A DNA stretch of 64,000 bases from the human T2T-CHM13v2.0 reference genome, Homo sapiens. The position numbers were made by a program, and so were the translations under genes. Where the stretch lies: NCBI RefSeq assembly GCF_009914755.1, contig NC_060942.1. One strand, 5' to 3'. Under the pieces are notes generated by a model, which was given only the letters and a program-made list of their open reading frames with translations, ran no database searches and was not told where the DNA came from. Below are positions 1-13,466 of this stretch, piece by piece (position 1 is the stretch's first letter; every line of letters starts with the position of its first letter).

Positions 1-634
1 TATTGGCAAGGATGCACAGAAGCTAGAACCCTTATGCACTGGTGGTGGGAAGGTAAAATGGTGTGGCCATTATAGAAAACAGTACAATAGTTCCTCAACA
101 AATTAAAAACAGAATTTTCATCAAAAGAATTGAAAGCAGGGTCTTGAAAAGATACTTGTACACTCATCTTCATAAGAGCATTCTTCACAACAGTGAAAAG
201 TGGAAGCAATCCAAGTGTCCACTGATGGATGAATGGGTAAACAAAATGTGTATACATACAACAGAATATTAACCAGCTTTAAAAAGGAAGGGAATTCTAA
301 CACATGCTACAACATGGATGAACCTTTAAGATGCTATGCTAAGTAAGATAAGCTAGTCACAAAAGGACAAATACTATTTGATTCCACCTATGTGAGGTAT
401 CTAGAGAAGCCAAACTCATAGAGAAAGTAAAACAGTGCTTGCCAAGAACTGTGGGTAGGAGGGAATGGGAAGTTAGTGTTTAATGGGTATTATGTTTTAA
501 TTTGGGATGATGAAAAAGTTGTGGAGATGGACGGAGGTGATGGTTGCAGAGAAAGGGAGTGAATTTAATGCCACTGAACTTAAAAATGGCCAAAATGGTA
601 AAATTTATGTTATGTGTATTTTACGACAATAAAA
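1..634 (+). mobile_element. Old LINE-1 3' fragment (L1M/L1MB-like)
   Basis: L1 ORF2-end and 3'UTR motifs (gtgtccactgatggatgaatgg, atggatgaacctt), ending in tttatgttatgtgtattttacgacaataaaa. Confidence 0.8.
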
Positions 635-1180
635 CAATCGCAGAGAATCCTCATAAGGAGAGTTTAGGAGATAGTCATTTAAAGACCGCAAGTCATTGTG
701 CATCGTCTCGGATAAAGTAACACAAAAAGACCTTTTGTAAGTAAGACACGATTCACATTTGCCTTAAATGTAAAGGTATTATATAATCTAGATATGTTCT
801 GGTATCTAAGATGTAATGTAGAAGAATAAAAAAGGTAAGTCATAAGTTATCAGCTTCTTATTTGATTCCCATACTTACATTGTAAAACCATTAGAAGTAT
901 GTCTGCAAATCATCCAGAATTACACATCTTTGCAGAGTAATCAGTGGCTAAAAGAAAACAGCAATGGTAGGAAGTAGATTTGTTTTTAGAGCAAACACCC
1001 AGATTTCTGAGCTTCAGCTTGTACTGAAGTATTTCTAGGAACAGGGCCTTCAAAGATTTATCCATAAATGCTCTGGAACATTGAGGAAATGTGTTCAGAG
1101 ATAGGAAAGACAGAAAAATAATTGATCAATAAAACTTTGTATTTTAAATTTTAATATAAATTTCCTTCATAACAATATTT

Positions 1181-2440
1181 TATTTCATTTTACTTTAAGT
1201 TCCAGGATATATGTGCAGAAAATGCAGGTTTGTTACATGGGCATACATGTACCATGGTGGTTTGCTGCACCTATCAACCCATTGTCTAGGTTTTAAGCCC
1301 TGCATGCATTAGGTATTTGTCCTAATGCTCTCCCTCCCCTTGCCCCCACCCACCACTAGGCCCTGTTGTGTGTGGTTCCCCTGTGTCCATGTGTTCTCAT
1401 TGTTCAACTCCTGCCTATGAGTGAGAACATACGGTGTTTGATTTTCTGTTTTGTGTTAGTTTGCTGAGGATGATGGCTTCCAGCTTCATCCATGTCCCTG
1501 CAAAAGACATGATCTCATTCTTTTTTATGGCTGCATAGTATTCCACGGTGTATTTGTACCACATTTTCTTTATCCAGTCTATCATTGATGGGCATTTGGG
1601 TTGGTTCCATGTCTTTGCTACTGTAAATGGTGCTGCAATAAACATACATGTGCATGTATATTTACAGTAGAATGATTTATATTTCTTTGGGTATTTACCC
1701 AGTAACGGGATTGCTGGGTCAAATGGTATTTCTGGGTTCTAGATCCTTGAGGAATCACCACACTGTCTTCCACAATGGTTGAACTAATTTACATTCCCAC
1801 CAACAGTGTAAAAGCATTTCTATTTCTCCACAGCCTCACCAGCATCTATTGTTTCTTGACTTTTTAATAATTGTCATTCTGACTGGCATGAGATGATATC
1901 TCATTGTGGTTTTGATTTGCATTTATCTAATGATCATTGATGTACAGCTTTTTTTCATATGTTTGTTGGCCACATAAATGTCTTCTTTTGAGAAGTGTCT
2001 GTTCATAAAGGATTCCCTATTTAATAAATGGTGCTGAGAAAACTGGCTAGCCATATGCAAAAAACTGAAACTGGACACCTTCCTTACACCTTATACAAAA
2101 TTTAGCTCAAGATGTATTAAAGACTTAAATGTAAAACCCAAAACCTTATACCCTGGAAGTAAACCCTAGCCAATACCATTCAGGACATAGGCATGGGCAA
2201 AGACTTCATGACAAAAACACCAAAAGCAATTGCAACAAAAGCCAAAATTGACAAATGGGGTCTAATTAAACTAAAGAGTTTCTGCACAGCAAAAGAAACT
2301 ATCATCAAAGTGAACAGGCAACCTACAGAATGGGAAAAAATTTTTGCAATCTACCCATTTGACAAAGGTCTAATATCCAGAATCTACAAGGAACTTAAGC
2401 AAATTTACAATAAAAAACAAATAACCCATCAAAAAGTGGG
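1181..2440 (-). mobile_element. L1PA (about PA7/8) insertion with 5' inversion
   Basis: Minus-strand 3'UTR/ORF2 end (1181-2007) joined to a plus-strand ORF2 piece (2008-2440; [25 protein letters not shown]); TSD cataacaa(t/c)attt at 1168-1180 and 2441-2453. Confidence 0.85.
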
Positions 2441-2504
2441 CATAACAACATTTACAATCCATCCTTGCTACATTTATGTTTTATAGCTTTTTACTCTCTA
2501 CTAT

Positions 2505-2632
2505 ACTAGAACATAAGCTCCACCAAGATAGAGATGTTATCTGTCTAAATCACAATGCACCTCGTGTATGAAACAAAACCTGGCATATAATAAGTATTGA
2601 ATATTTGCCTGCTGAATGAATGAATAAATGAT
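2505..2632 (+). mobile_element. L2 3' end remnant
   Basis: tagaacataagctcc...cctggcatataataag...tgaatgaatgaataaatga, typical L2 tail. Confidence 0.55.
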
Positions 2633-3725
2633 GTTTTATCTCCAGTAGTAACTAACCCAGTGTCTTATGCATGGTTGGTGCTCAATACATAGCTGTTGAT
2701 TTGATTGTGTATTTCATCTCCATCATGCTATGCACAAATGTTTGCCTTAGCACTGTATGAAAATTTATAGTTGCTGGTTGGTGCTCAATACATAGTTGTT
2801 GACTTGATTGTGTATTTAAAAAGAAATGCACAAGAGTGACAAGTTTATAATGGCAAAATAAGACTTTTACTGGTGCCCCAAGGAACATGTATTGTATTTT
2901 AATTAAGATATCCTGGACTGCGGGACGAACAATGATCTTATGAAAATTTAAGAAAGGAAAAGTGTTGCTGGTTAAGCTAGGATCCATCATCAGTTGTAAT
3001 ACACATCTTGACTGCAGAGATTATAAGCATATGAAAAATGCATCTTAGAATTTAAGATACATGGTATGTATCATAGAATATTTTTCATAGGACCTACTGT
3101 AATATGTCTCTTTTTTCATGGAAATCTTGGACTAAAAAGAATCCTAAAGGGCATTCGTATAAATGTTCATACAGTGCTAAGGCAAACATTTGTTCATAGA
3201 ATGATGAGGATGAAATTAAGGTCCCTATAAACCCAGTGATGTTTAGGCAGCATTTGAGGAGGAAAAAGATGGAACTTAAATGCTTTCCCTCTTCAGTCCA
3301 TACCACCTTATCAGACTCCACACACACATTTTTGTGAGAAAGGAGAAGGGAGAAGAAGCAGGAGTATGGCAGTTGTCTTGATCAGATTTGACCTTCTAAA
3401 GATCGCCTTGTATGCAATGACTGGTGAAGACCAAAAGAGGACACAAGGTGACCAGCTGGGAGGCTGTTGAAAAACTTCCCAGTGAGTAACATAGGATGGT
3501 GGAGGTGGAGACAGGGTGAAGTACACAGAACCAAGAGACATCGTGGAAGCGATGTGGAAGGCTTCCTGATGTGATGTGTATGTGATGTGATACATACATT
3601 GTTTATTTTAAAGCCCTTTTAAAATTGTTTGGCAAAGGCTTGTACTGATGAATGCCTCTGTTTTCTAAGTTCAAACAATAGCACACATTGGGAAACATTT
3701 CACTAGTTTTAAAAACATATAGTTT

Positions 3726-4406
3726 TTATAGTAGAATGATCTATAATCTTTTGGGTATATACCCAGTAATGGGATTGCTGGGTCAAATGGCATTTCTGGT
3801 TCTAGATCCTTGAGGAATTACCACACTGTCTTCCACAATGGTTGAACTAATTTACACTCCCACTGACAGTGTAAAAGCATTCCTATTTCTTCACAGCCTT
3901 GCCAACATCTATTGTTTCCTGACACATGCACACATATGTCTACTGCAGCACTATTTACAATAGCAAAGACGTGGAACCAACCCAAATGCCCATCGATGAT
4001 AGACTGGATAAAGAAAATGTGGTAGATATACACCATGGAATACTATACAGCCATAAAAAGAATGAGATCGTGTCTTTCGCAGGGACATGGATGAAGCTGG
4101 AAGCCATCACTCTCAGCAAACTAACATAGAAACAGAAAACCAAACACCACATGTTTTCACTCATAAGTAGGAGCTGAAGAATGAGAATACATGGACACAG
4201 GGAGGGGAACAACACATACCAGGGCCTGTTGGGGGTGGGGAGCAAAGGGAGGGAGAGCATTAGGACAAATACCTAATGCATGCAGGTCTTAAAACCTAGA
4301 TGACGGGTTGATAGGTGCAGCAAGCCACCATGGCACATGTGTACCTATGTAACAAACCTACACACTCTGCACATGTATCCTGGAACTTAAAGTAAAATAA
4401 AAATAA
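3726..4406 (+). mobile_element. L1PA insertion with 5' inversion
   Basis: Inverted piece ~3726-3920, then sense 3'UTR 3921-4400 with A-rich tail; TSD atatagttt at 3717-3725 and 4407-4415. Confidence 0.85.
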
Positions 4407-5116
4407 ATATAGTTTACTTGTTTATTTTAGTTAGACAAAATAATAAGGTTTGTATATTTCTGAGCATATTTTACATTTAACTAATTTTTAAAGAATAATA
4501 GACTTCTTAATACTAGAAGGAGTTTCAGTGTGAGACTGGAGTAGAATAGAGACTCTTAGGAGGGCCTTGCCTCAGGGGGCATGAGAAGTTGAGGGAGCAG
4601 CACGTTTGCACTCTCAAATCTGTGGTCAGGGCCAAGTTGGAGAAACTTCTGTACTGATCCATGCAGCAGATTATCACTTTGCTAACTATGAATTATCCAT
4701 CTGCGTTTTTGATACTTCCAAAAACACTAATATGGAAGAAATAACATACAGTTCCATGTCTAGAGCTCCCTTACCCTACTATTACAAAAGGCAGATGGAG
4801 GTAGCATGGAAGAAGGTGCCTGCCAGTTTCACCTCCATCCCCAGCTGTGTCTGCCTTTGCTCCTCTCTTGTGCATTGCACACTCTCCTATTGCATTTTGA
4901 CCTAGATTCTGAATGCATATAAAGATCAAGGGAAAACTGAATAAAGAATAAAATTACATTTGTGCATGTGTAATTTAAGGACAGAGCTTTAAAGGAGAAA
5001 GAAAATTACCAGCACAGCTCCTATCCAGTATAAAATAATGTAGCAAGTTAAAAACAAGGACAAATCGGTATTTCATAATAATGTGTATTATAGTACTTAA
5101 ATAGGAAGTGGGTTAG

Positions 5117-5467
<351 letters not shown>

Positions 5468-5499
5468 TAACTTCAGTGACATCTGATAAAGGGGCGAAG

Positions 5500-5675
5500 T
5501 TTATTATTTTATTTTATTTTATTTTATTTTATTTTATTTTATTTTATTTTATTTTTTAAGAGACTGGGTCTCCCTATGTTGCCCAGGCTGGTCTCGAACT
5601 CCTGGGCTAAAAGTATCCTCCTGCCTCAGCCTCCCAAACTGCTAGGATTATAGGCATGAAGACTCACACCCGGCC
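5500..5675 (-). mobile_element. Alu monomer (FLAM-like) with (ATTTT)n tail
   Basis: Single Alu arm preceded by a pentanucleotide ATTTT array at ~5506-5557. Confidence 0.8.
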
Positions 5676-6029
5676 AAGGACTGAACTTTCAAAGACATGC
5701 TAGAACTGAGTCCTATAACTGAAGGCTCAAGTTGTAGGTGGAGAAGAAAGTGTGCAGTGAGTCTTCCACCTCCAGCTGGAGGATCATTCCACAGGAGACT
5801 TTATTAGAGACCCATATCACTGGGACAGCCTACAGCGGATTCTTTACTGTCTTTTCCCTAATTCTATGCTAAGATTTCTACTCTAAGAGACTTAGAGTAA
5901 ACATCTCTGAAGTTTCTGGCTTCTACCTCATTCCACTTTAGTTTCTCTCCCTTAGTTTTTAATCTTTACTTTTTAAAGACTTTAAATATATTGGAACATT
6001 AAATTCTATCTGGGCTGCAGAAAGATTTT

Positions 6030-6483
6030 GTTGAAGATGATTACGCTTTTTGCTCTGCAACCATCTGAGTTAGGCAGACTTTATTCAAGGGAGGCTACTA
6101 CAATGGGGTTTCAGGATAGGGAAGAAAAATTGGACTTAATATAATAAGGTAACGTGGGAATTTACACCCAAGGAGCAGTTTGGAAGTCAGTGGATAAAAA
6201 ATTACTAACAGGTAGGGCAATTCTTTGTTAAACTGACCTAACAACATTCTTGCTGAAGGAGACCAGTGTAATCAACCATCACCTGGGGGACGGCGGAGGA
6301 TGAGGGTTCTGATCAGATATTGAGGGTGATCAATGGGGGACTCCAACTAAACTGACTAAGCAGGATTCTTGCTAAAACTGGACAAATTCAGAGATGAACG
6401 CAGAAATCCAAAAGCCAAGGCCTACTTGAGAAGACAGTTCAGGGGAGTCTGGCTAGAATTTGATCAAGGAGAGAATCTTGTCA
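6030..6483 (-). mobile_element. ERV1 LTR, MER31-like
   Basis: ctaaactgactaagcaggattcttgctaaaactggac and terminal aaggagagaatcttgtca resemble the reverse complement of the MER31 5' end; left boundary approximate. Confidence 0.6.
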
Positions 6484-6499
6484 TTCTCTTTTGGGGATG

Positions 6500-6639
6500 C
6501 CCAGTGCCTGTGGATGTGACTTTGGGTAGGGCAGTTACAGATGAAATTAGTTAAGGTGAGGTCGTCTGTCATAGGATCAACCCTTAATCCAATATGACTG
6601 TTGTCCTCATAAGAAGGAAAGACACACACACACACCACA

Positions 6640-6674
<35 letters not shown>

Positions 6675-6944
6675 TACACAAAAGGAGAGAAAGCCATGTG
6701 ACAAGGGACACAGAGATAGAAGCATTGCAGCCATATAGTGTGGAATACCAAGGATTGCCGGCCACCACCAGAAGCCAGGAAGAGACAGGAAAGATTCTCC
6801 ACTCCAGGTTTCCAAGGGTGCACAATCCTGCCAATGGCTTCATTTCAGATGTTTAGACTCCAGAAACGTGAGACAATAAGCCTCTGTTGTTTTAAGCCGT
6901 GCATTTTATGGTACCTGTTAAGGCAGCCATAGTAAACTAGTACC
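6500..6944 (+). mobile_element. MaLR LTR (MLT1C-like) containing a (CA)n tract
   Basis: ccttaatccaatatgactg, ccaccagaagccaggaagag, tctgttgttttaagcc...gcagcc..aaactag motifs. Confidence 0.7.
6622..6680. repeat. (CA)n microsatellite, imperfect
   Basis: Direct reading. Confidence 0.9.
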
Positions 6945-8970
6945 TTATCCATTCACCTATCTCCCTGTGCCTATTCATTCATTCATTCAGTCAGTCAAAT
7001 GACGCTTGTTTAGCACTTACTGTGTACTATGCACTGTACAGTGTATAGTGTACTGTATCTCCGAGGAGGCAAAGATGAGAAAGATACCATCTCTGGTGCC
7101 AAGGAGCTTGTCATCTCAGGAGACAAGGCACTGTGGGACACGGAGAAGGAGGACTTGTCTTGGTGTCTGAAGGTGTGGCTGCGTGGTGGCCATGGAGGAC
7201 TTAGTGGAGAATGGCTAAACTGAAACAAGAGGAGATGGCTATGGTGAACACAAGTCCCTTTCAGGTATGAGTATAAAATGCAATATCAAAAGGGAATTTA
7301 GAATTTCCGCAAACTAACCTTTTAGCAAATAAAGAAATTGACGCCTTTACAGGTTGTGACTAACGTGGCATCTCAGAGCTCGTGGTAGAGCCAGGACAAT
7401 TGTCACTGAGAAGAGAACCCGCTGTGCACGCTGGTCATGCAAGTGCTTCTCTGGCTACTCTCCCTGAACTCTCCCCACAGCCCTCAATTCACAAATAAGG
7501 TTGCTTAAGGTTTAGAGAGGGGATGTGATTTGCCCAAGTACAGTGAATTGTTTGTCAAATGGCAGAGCCCAGATCAAAGCTGATTTGGGGCTGCAAAGCC
7601 CGGCCACGGCATAATGCTACTCACCACAGGTTTTAACAATTCCTGATCCAGTTTTCTATCCATTCCCACCTTGCCTTACAGTTTATAACATACCAAATTA
7701 AAACCAGACACTTCCCAGACAAGAGCTGCCTTGTCTCCGCAGATGACAAACTTGTAATGTAAATGAAAACCCCTTGAAAGAAATTAGAATTAAAATGTAA
7801 TTGTGCCTTTAGGCTCCACATTCTTTTAACCCCAACAGAATATACTATTCATAAATCATGTGACTAATACAAGAATATTCATATGTCCCTATAAATATGG
7901 AATTTAAGCTACCATTTCTATTGTTGTTGCAGTCATCACAGATATGGATAAGATATATTTCTCTTTCACATTTTAAAGAAAGAAAAATCTAATGAAAATT
8001 ATTGTTACATGTTGATGTTCAGAGTATTTCTGATAACTAAGCTTATTTATTACAGGAATGTTTTCAAACAAATTTATTTCAAATACATTTTGATGGTCTT
8101 AGAATTCAGTGTATCTGACTATATCAGGTTAAAGAGTAGGACAATATAAAATGTTAAAGATAAGGGGGTTGAGAATGAGGTGAGGAATACTATATTTAAA
8201 AAGCTTAAACTACAACCACAACAATGTACAATTCAATATGAAAATGTTATGTTGAGGATATATATGTGCATATATACTTATGTATATATGTGTACACACA
8301 CTTGTTTTATATAGATCAAAAAGAACTCACCAAATATTTATCCACTAAATTTTGTCATCCTAGGGTAAGGGAGTATCCCTTGAAGCTTGAAAAAGCAAAC
8401 TGAGGACAAATAAATGTAGTCCTGCTTTAAGAAATAGTAAAATTATGGATGTGTTATCCTAGGAGGCAGAGACAGTAGAAATGGAAATTATAAATAGCTT
8501 TACCAATGGACTGGATAAACTAATGGATCACAGATATATAGGCAATTATTGGGATTTTTTCAGAGGGATAAAGCATTAGGCTCTAGGTTGTTATTGCAAA
8601 GTATTATGAGGAAATCGCCACTTCTTTTCAACAATAGAAGATTATCCACGTTTGGCCACCAGGGCAGATGCTCATCACCACATCCAGGCATTCTCATATG
8701 GTTCACAGTGGCTTTACCCAGCAGGGACAAGGCAGATGTTTACCAAAGCTTTGGGAAAACAAATGGGAAGAAGGTACAGAGACCCGTGACACTTAAATAT
8801 CTGTCTTAGTAAAGCCTGGTAAATATAGCTTATGCATCTTCTGTTGGTGGCTTAGTATTTAAGACCCTTTCAGGTCTATTATCTGAGACCATCTTATTAT
8901 CTACCAAACAAGCCCACTTCAAAGACATCTACACTCATTGGTATCCATAATTGAGGGAAGAAAACCTCAA

Positions 8971-9091
8971 CAAAAGAAGAAAGAGGGAAAGAAAGAAAGA
9001 AAGAAGAAAAGAAGAGAAAAAGAAAGAAAAAAGAAAGCAAAGAAGGAAAGAAAGAAAAAGAAAAGGAAAGAAAAGAGAAAGAGAGAGAGAG
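8971..9091. repeat. Polypurine (GAAA/AAG-rich) low-complexity tract
   Basis: About 120 nt almost exclusively A/G. Confidence 0.9.
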
Positions 9092-10134
9092 CCTTTCCTG
9101 ACCTACTTGAGGCCTGCCTTTGTAGACTTAATTTCTTGAGGACTAACTTCTTTCATGTATCCCTGAAATGGAAAATGACCTCACCTTCCAGGGCGAGATA
9201 AGACTTTCCCAGAGGGCTTTGAAATTTCTAGCAGGCATCCGCAAGCATTCATTCTCCCGGGATACAGTATAATGCAGAAACCCCATTATACATAAAAGAG
9301 TTACAATGCCAGGTGTGCCTGTGGAGGGGGAGCATTTCACTGCAGGACAGTCATATTTTTCCCCAACTTTCTTGTGTTCAACAGAATTGCGAAGTGAAGA
9401 AAGTCAACATAGCTTTCCTCACAGATCATTTAAGATTTCAGTCCATCAAATGTATCCCTATATATGCATTTCTTCACTGAACCCACATGGAAAATATAAA
9501 CAGTAGATGTCCTTTTGGCTGTAAAACACATAACTGATTTTCATTCCTGGCTCACAGAAATCAAACTCTTTGTTATGGCTGAACAATATTGTAAGCCAGT
9601 GCTCTAAATGCTTGAAAGATTTTTAATCATTTATTCAGTTAAATGATTTTCCTGATTTGTCATTGGTCTCATGCCTTTGTTTATGGTATCTTTTCTCTAG
9701 TAAAGTTTTGAATATTCCACAGCCCTTTTTTTAAGTAGGTTCTGGATTTCCAGCCTTGAATAATTTATGATCTTTACTGCTGGATTACATAGACAGAATT
9801 TCATAGTTTCTTGTAAGGTTTTTATATTTTATTAAGTATAATTAAGTGTTTGGTGCATCTGGCATAAATTTTTGTCTATGGTTAAGATGGAGATACCCAC
9901 TTTTATTTTCTTCCAAAAAGACAGGCATTTATGTCAGCACCATTTATCAAATAAACCTTTTCCTCCATTGAATTAAACTTTTTTCCACAAAGTAATTCTC
10001 ATTTACTGACGCTGAAGTCATTTATTTGTTTATTTATTTTTGGCTCCTTATTCTATCTCATGATCTTTTTTCTTTTCTTATTCCAATACCAGGCTGTTTT
10101 GAAGACAGTAGCTTTATTCTATGTGCTACTGTAC

Positions 10135-10470
10135 AGCCTGGGGCCTCAGCACTGATCAGAAAAACTGGCCTTTCACTGCATGGACCCCAGTGAGCTGACA
10201 GCCCTGCAAAGTTGGAGCTGGGCAGCCCCCAGCAAATGACTGGCATGGCAGAAGCATTGGGGCCTGGCCATTTCTACCCAGGGCGGGACTCCTCCAAAGG
10301 CAAAGTTTTTGCTCCAGGGCTCTTGACTAGGTTGGCCAGGACTTCATCATAGGTACATGGCCCTCAGGGACCCTTCCTCCCTCTCCTTTCACACATGTGA
10401 GGTATGATCAGGATTGAAGCTCTCCCTGCTCAGCCTTGCTTGCTCCCTTTCATATTTTACAGGCACTACC
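10135..10470 (+). mobile_element. ERVL LTR, LTR16-like
   Basis: ggccatttctacccagggcgggactcctcc and ccctctcctttcaca resemble the LTR16 consensus as remembered. Confidence 0.5.
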
Positions 10471-11439
10471 CACTCCCCCATCAAAGGACTCAAACTGATG
10501 CCTACAGTAATCTACCCCCCACCACTGTACTTGTTCATCCCCTTTTCTTGGCTAATCTTTGTCTTGTCTTTTATTCTTCCATATATACATTATCAGCACA
10601 TTACAGAATTATCTCAAAAAAGTTGGAATTATAAATGAAATTACATTAAATTTATGTATTAATTTTGAGGAAATCAACACAATTGGTAATTGTATATTTA
10701 ATAGTGTATTTGCTTATTGTTTACATCTCCTATTAAACTGGAAGCTCCACAAAGACAGGTATTTTGTTTATTTTATTCACCACTCTGTACCCAGTGCATA
10801 TCACAGTGGCTGGTATATGACAGATACTTTATCAACATTTGCTGGATAAATGAAATAACCAACATCCAAGGCTCATCACTTTAAAAGATGAATAAAGACA
10901 TTTCAAGGCAGACATTATATGGTCAGTGGAGTAGTTGTTACTAACAACCTGCTATGCTAATCGAGCAATATGCAATGCTGATCCTATTTTCCACAGCCTA
11001 TTATCCAATAAAAATGGATTTTTTTTTAACTTTTAAAACTTGTTTTTACACATATTATTCAAACTTGGAATACATTTACTGATTGAAACAATATTTTTAA
11101 GTAGAAGTTAGATTCCTAGGCTATTCTACAGTATATGCCACTCTTAATACTACTTTTTGGATTAAACAGGCTTTTGTGGAACTAATCACTGTGTGTGAAA
11201 GTATTATAATAAGGATAAAAGCATTAACAAATTCAATTTGGAGTCCAGGACGTATCAATCTGTTCTCTCCCACCATCCCCAGCACTTAGAACAAGAGGAA
11301 AGGAAGCACAGCCCGGGGAAAGAGCACAGGTCACGTTTCATCTCCCTCTCGTAGCAGTCAAGTGGCTTTGCAAAATTTAGCATTATCGCTCTTGGACTCA
11401 TTTCTATACTATCTGTAGTAACAATGACATTGTATTTCA

Positions 11440-11592
11440 GCACTGCTTCTTAACCAGGTTAGTATGCATTCAAAGCACCTGGAGAGATTTTTTGTTTTAT
11501 TTTGTTTTGAACCAAAAATACTGATGCCGAGTTCCCAACCTGGGATGGACTCTAGATATGTAGATTTAACAATCTGCTCAGGTGATTCTGTG
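11440..11592. mobile_element. MER5-like hAT-Charlie remnant
   Basis: cagcactgcttcttaacc...gcacctggagag...tttaacaatctgctcaggtgattctg. Confidence 0.5.
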
Positions 11593-11599
11593 TGGACTC

Positions 11600-11975
11600 T
11601 TATCAGCCAGGAAGTCTAGGTTATGCTGCAGTAATAGAGGAATCCTGAATTTCCTGTGGCTCGCCACGTAGTTTATTTCTTACTCACATTCATGTCCAGT
11701 GTGGGTTGTAATGGAGTGGGGGGCTCTGTTCTACAGTCCTTCTGGACCCAGGATCACAGAGACTCCATGGTCTGGAACATTCTCATTACCATGGCAGAAT
11801 GAAAAAAGGAGCGTCATGTACTGCAGTTAAATGTTTGCCCGGAAGTGAGCTGCATCACATGGTCATAGTCACATGACCCTGCCTCCCTGCAAGAGAGCTG
11901 GGAAGTGTCCTCCTCTGTGTGCCCAGAAAATGGAAAAGACTCCTGTGCTGAAGAGCAGTACCAATGTCTACACAG
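11600..11975 (-). mobile_element. Old MaLR LTR (MLT1J/K-like)
   Basis: ggttatgctgcagtaa, tttatttcttactcac, gtcacatgacc...gctgggaagtgt motifs. Confidence 0.5.
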
Positions 11976-12044
11976 TGACATCATTAACAATGACTTCACT
12001 TGATCCTCAAATTAAAGGAGCTATTTCAAGTAGAGTCTATGACT

Positions 12045-12240
12045 TTGTTGTCCAATATGGTACCCACATAGAGCTATTTAAATTTAAATGAATTAAAACT
12101 AAATAAAATTTAAAATGCAGTTCCTCAGCTGCAGTAGCCACATTTCAAGTACACAATAGCCACTTGTGACTCATGGCTGCTCTACCTGACAGCACAGATA
12201 TAAAAGATTTCCATCATGCAAAGGTTCCATTGGACAGGGC
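12045..12240. mobile_element. MER3/MER33-like hAT DNA transposon
   Basis: Terminal tgtccaat ... attggaca inverted repeats and internal tagccacatttcaagt. Confidence 0.65.
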
Positions 12241-13014
12241 TTATCCAGTACACGGTTGGTCTCCTTGCCCTTGTTAGACCATAATTCTAGTGTAGCCACA
12301 TGCACAGCCTCTATGTTAATAGCAATGCTCTGACAATAGTGCTGGCCTTTGCTCAGAAGCTCACCAGAGGAAAGGGTATTTGGAAGTTAGACATTCACAG
12401 GGCAGAGAATGTAAGTATAGGCTGAAGGAAGGTGTATGATGCATCTCCGGTTAGCAAAGCTAATGATAGAGAGATAGAACAGAAACAAAGAGATATGAAT
12501 TAAAAAGGTCCAGTGGAAGACTTGTGCAACAGAGCGAGACCTTGTCCTCCACAAAAAATTATTGGTAGATACAACGGAGACAAGATCCCTCTCTTTGGGT
12601 CCTCAGTTATTTCAAGAGTGTGAAAAGATTCTGAAAGCAAAGTGTCTGGCTTAGGACATACTCTGAACTTTGTGACAGAACACCATGGACAGCTCCAGTA
12701 GCTGCTATAACAGGGCTGGAACTACCTAAGATCTAGCATCATATCCAGAATTCCAGAATTCCATGTATTCACTCTTCAGACAGGCCATGAAAAAAAAAAT
12801 CTCAGAGCATTTTAAAAGAATATTTTAGAACTGAACTTGGGAAATATTTATTTCTATTGATCTCTTCCTTAGGAGTAGATTTAAAGAAATGGTTATTTAA
12901 AATATTTTATTATAATGATAGAAAATAAACTGCCAGAATGACACATATTTTGCATTAACATAACAGATTATTCAGAAGTGTGACTAAAACTTTTGCTTAA
13001 AAAATATATTAACT

Positions 13015-13140
13015 TGCCCAGCACAGTGGCTCATGCCTGTAATCCTAGCACTTTGGGAGGCCAAGGTGAAAGGCTCACTTGAGCCCAGCAGTTCAAGACC
13101 AGCCTAGGCAAAAAAGTGAGACCATGTCTCTACAAAAAAT
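13015..13140 (+). mobile_element. Alu left monomer (FLAM-like)
   Basis: cagtggctcatgcctgtaatcctagcactttgggaggcc...tctctacaaaaaa. Confidence 0.8.
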
Positions 13141-13249
13141 AGCCAAGTAAAATATGTCCTAAGCCACTTTGTGTTTTCAGGACCTTTTCACGCTCTTAAA
13201 ATAATTGAGGACCCAAAGTGTCTTGTCTCAGTTGTGTCTACCAATAAAT

Positions 13250-13466
13250 TTTTATGGAGGACAGGGTCTCGCTCTGTTGGCTAGGCTGGAATGCAGTGGC
13301 GCAGTCATGGTGCTACACACCTGTGGTCCTGGCTAGATGGAGGGGTAGGCAGGAGAATCATTTGAGCCCAGGAGGCAGAGGCTGCATTGAGCAGAGATTG
13401 TGCCACTGCACTCCAGCCTGGGCAACAGAGCAAGACTCTGTCTCAAAAAAACAAAAACAAAAAAAG
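13250..13466. mobile_element. Fused Alu fragments in opposite orientations
   Basis: Antisense Alu 3' piece ~13250-13305 joined to a sense Alu right arm ~13306-13466. Confidence 0.7.

Noticed and set aside
2193-2486. 97-aa ORF similar to the L1 ORF2 C-terminus
   Set aside because: Fragment of a truncated, inverted L1, not a gene
8938-9201. Lys/Arg/Glu-rich ORFs
   Set aside because: Translation of a polypurine low-complexity tract
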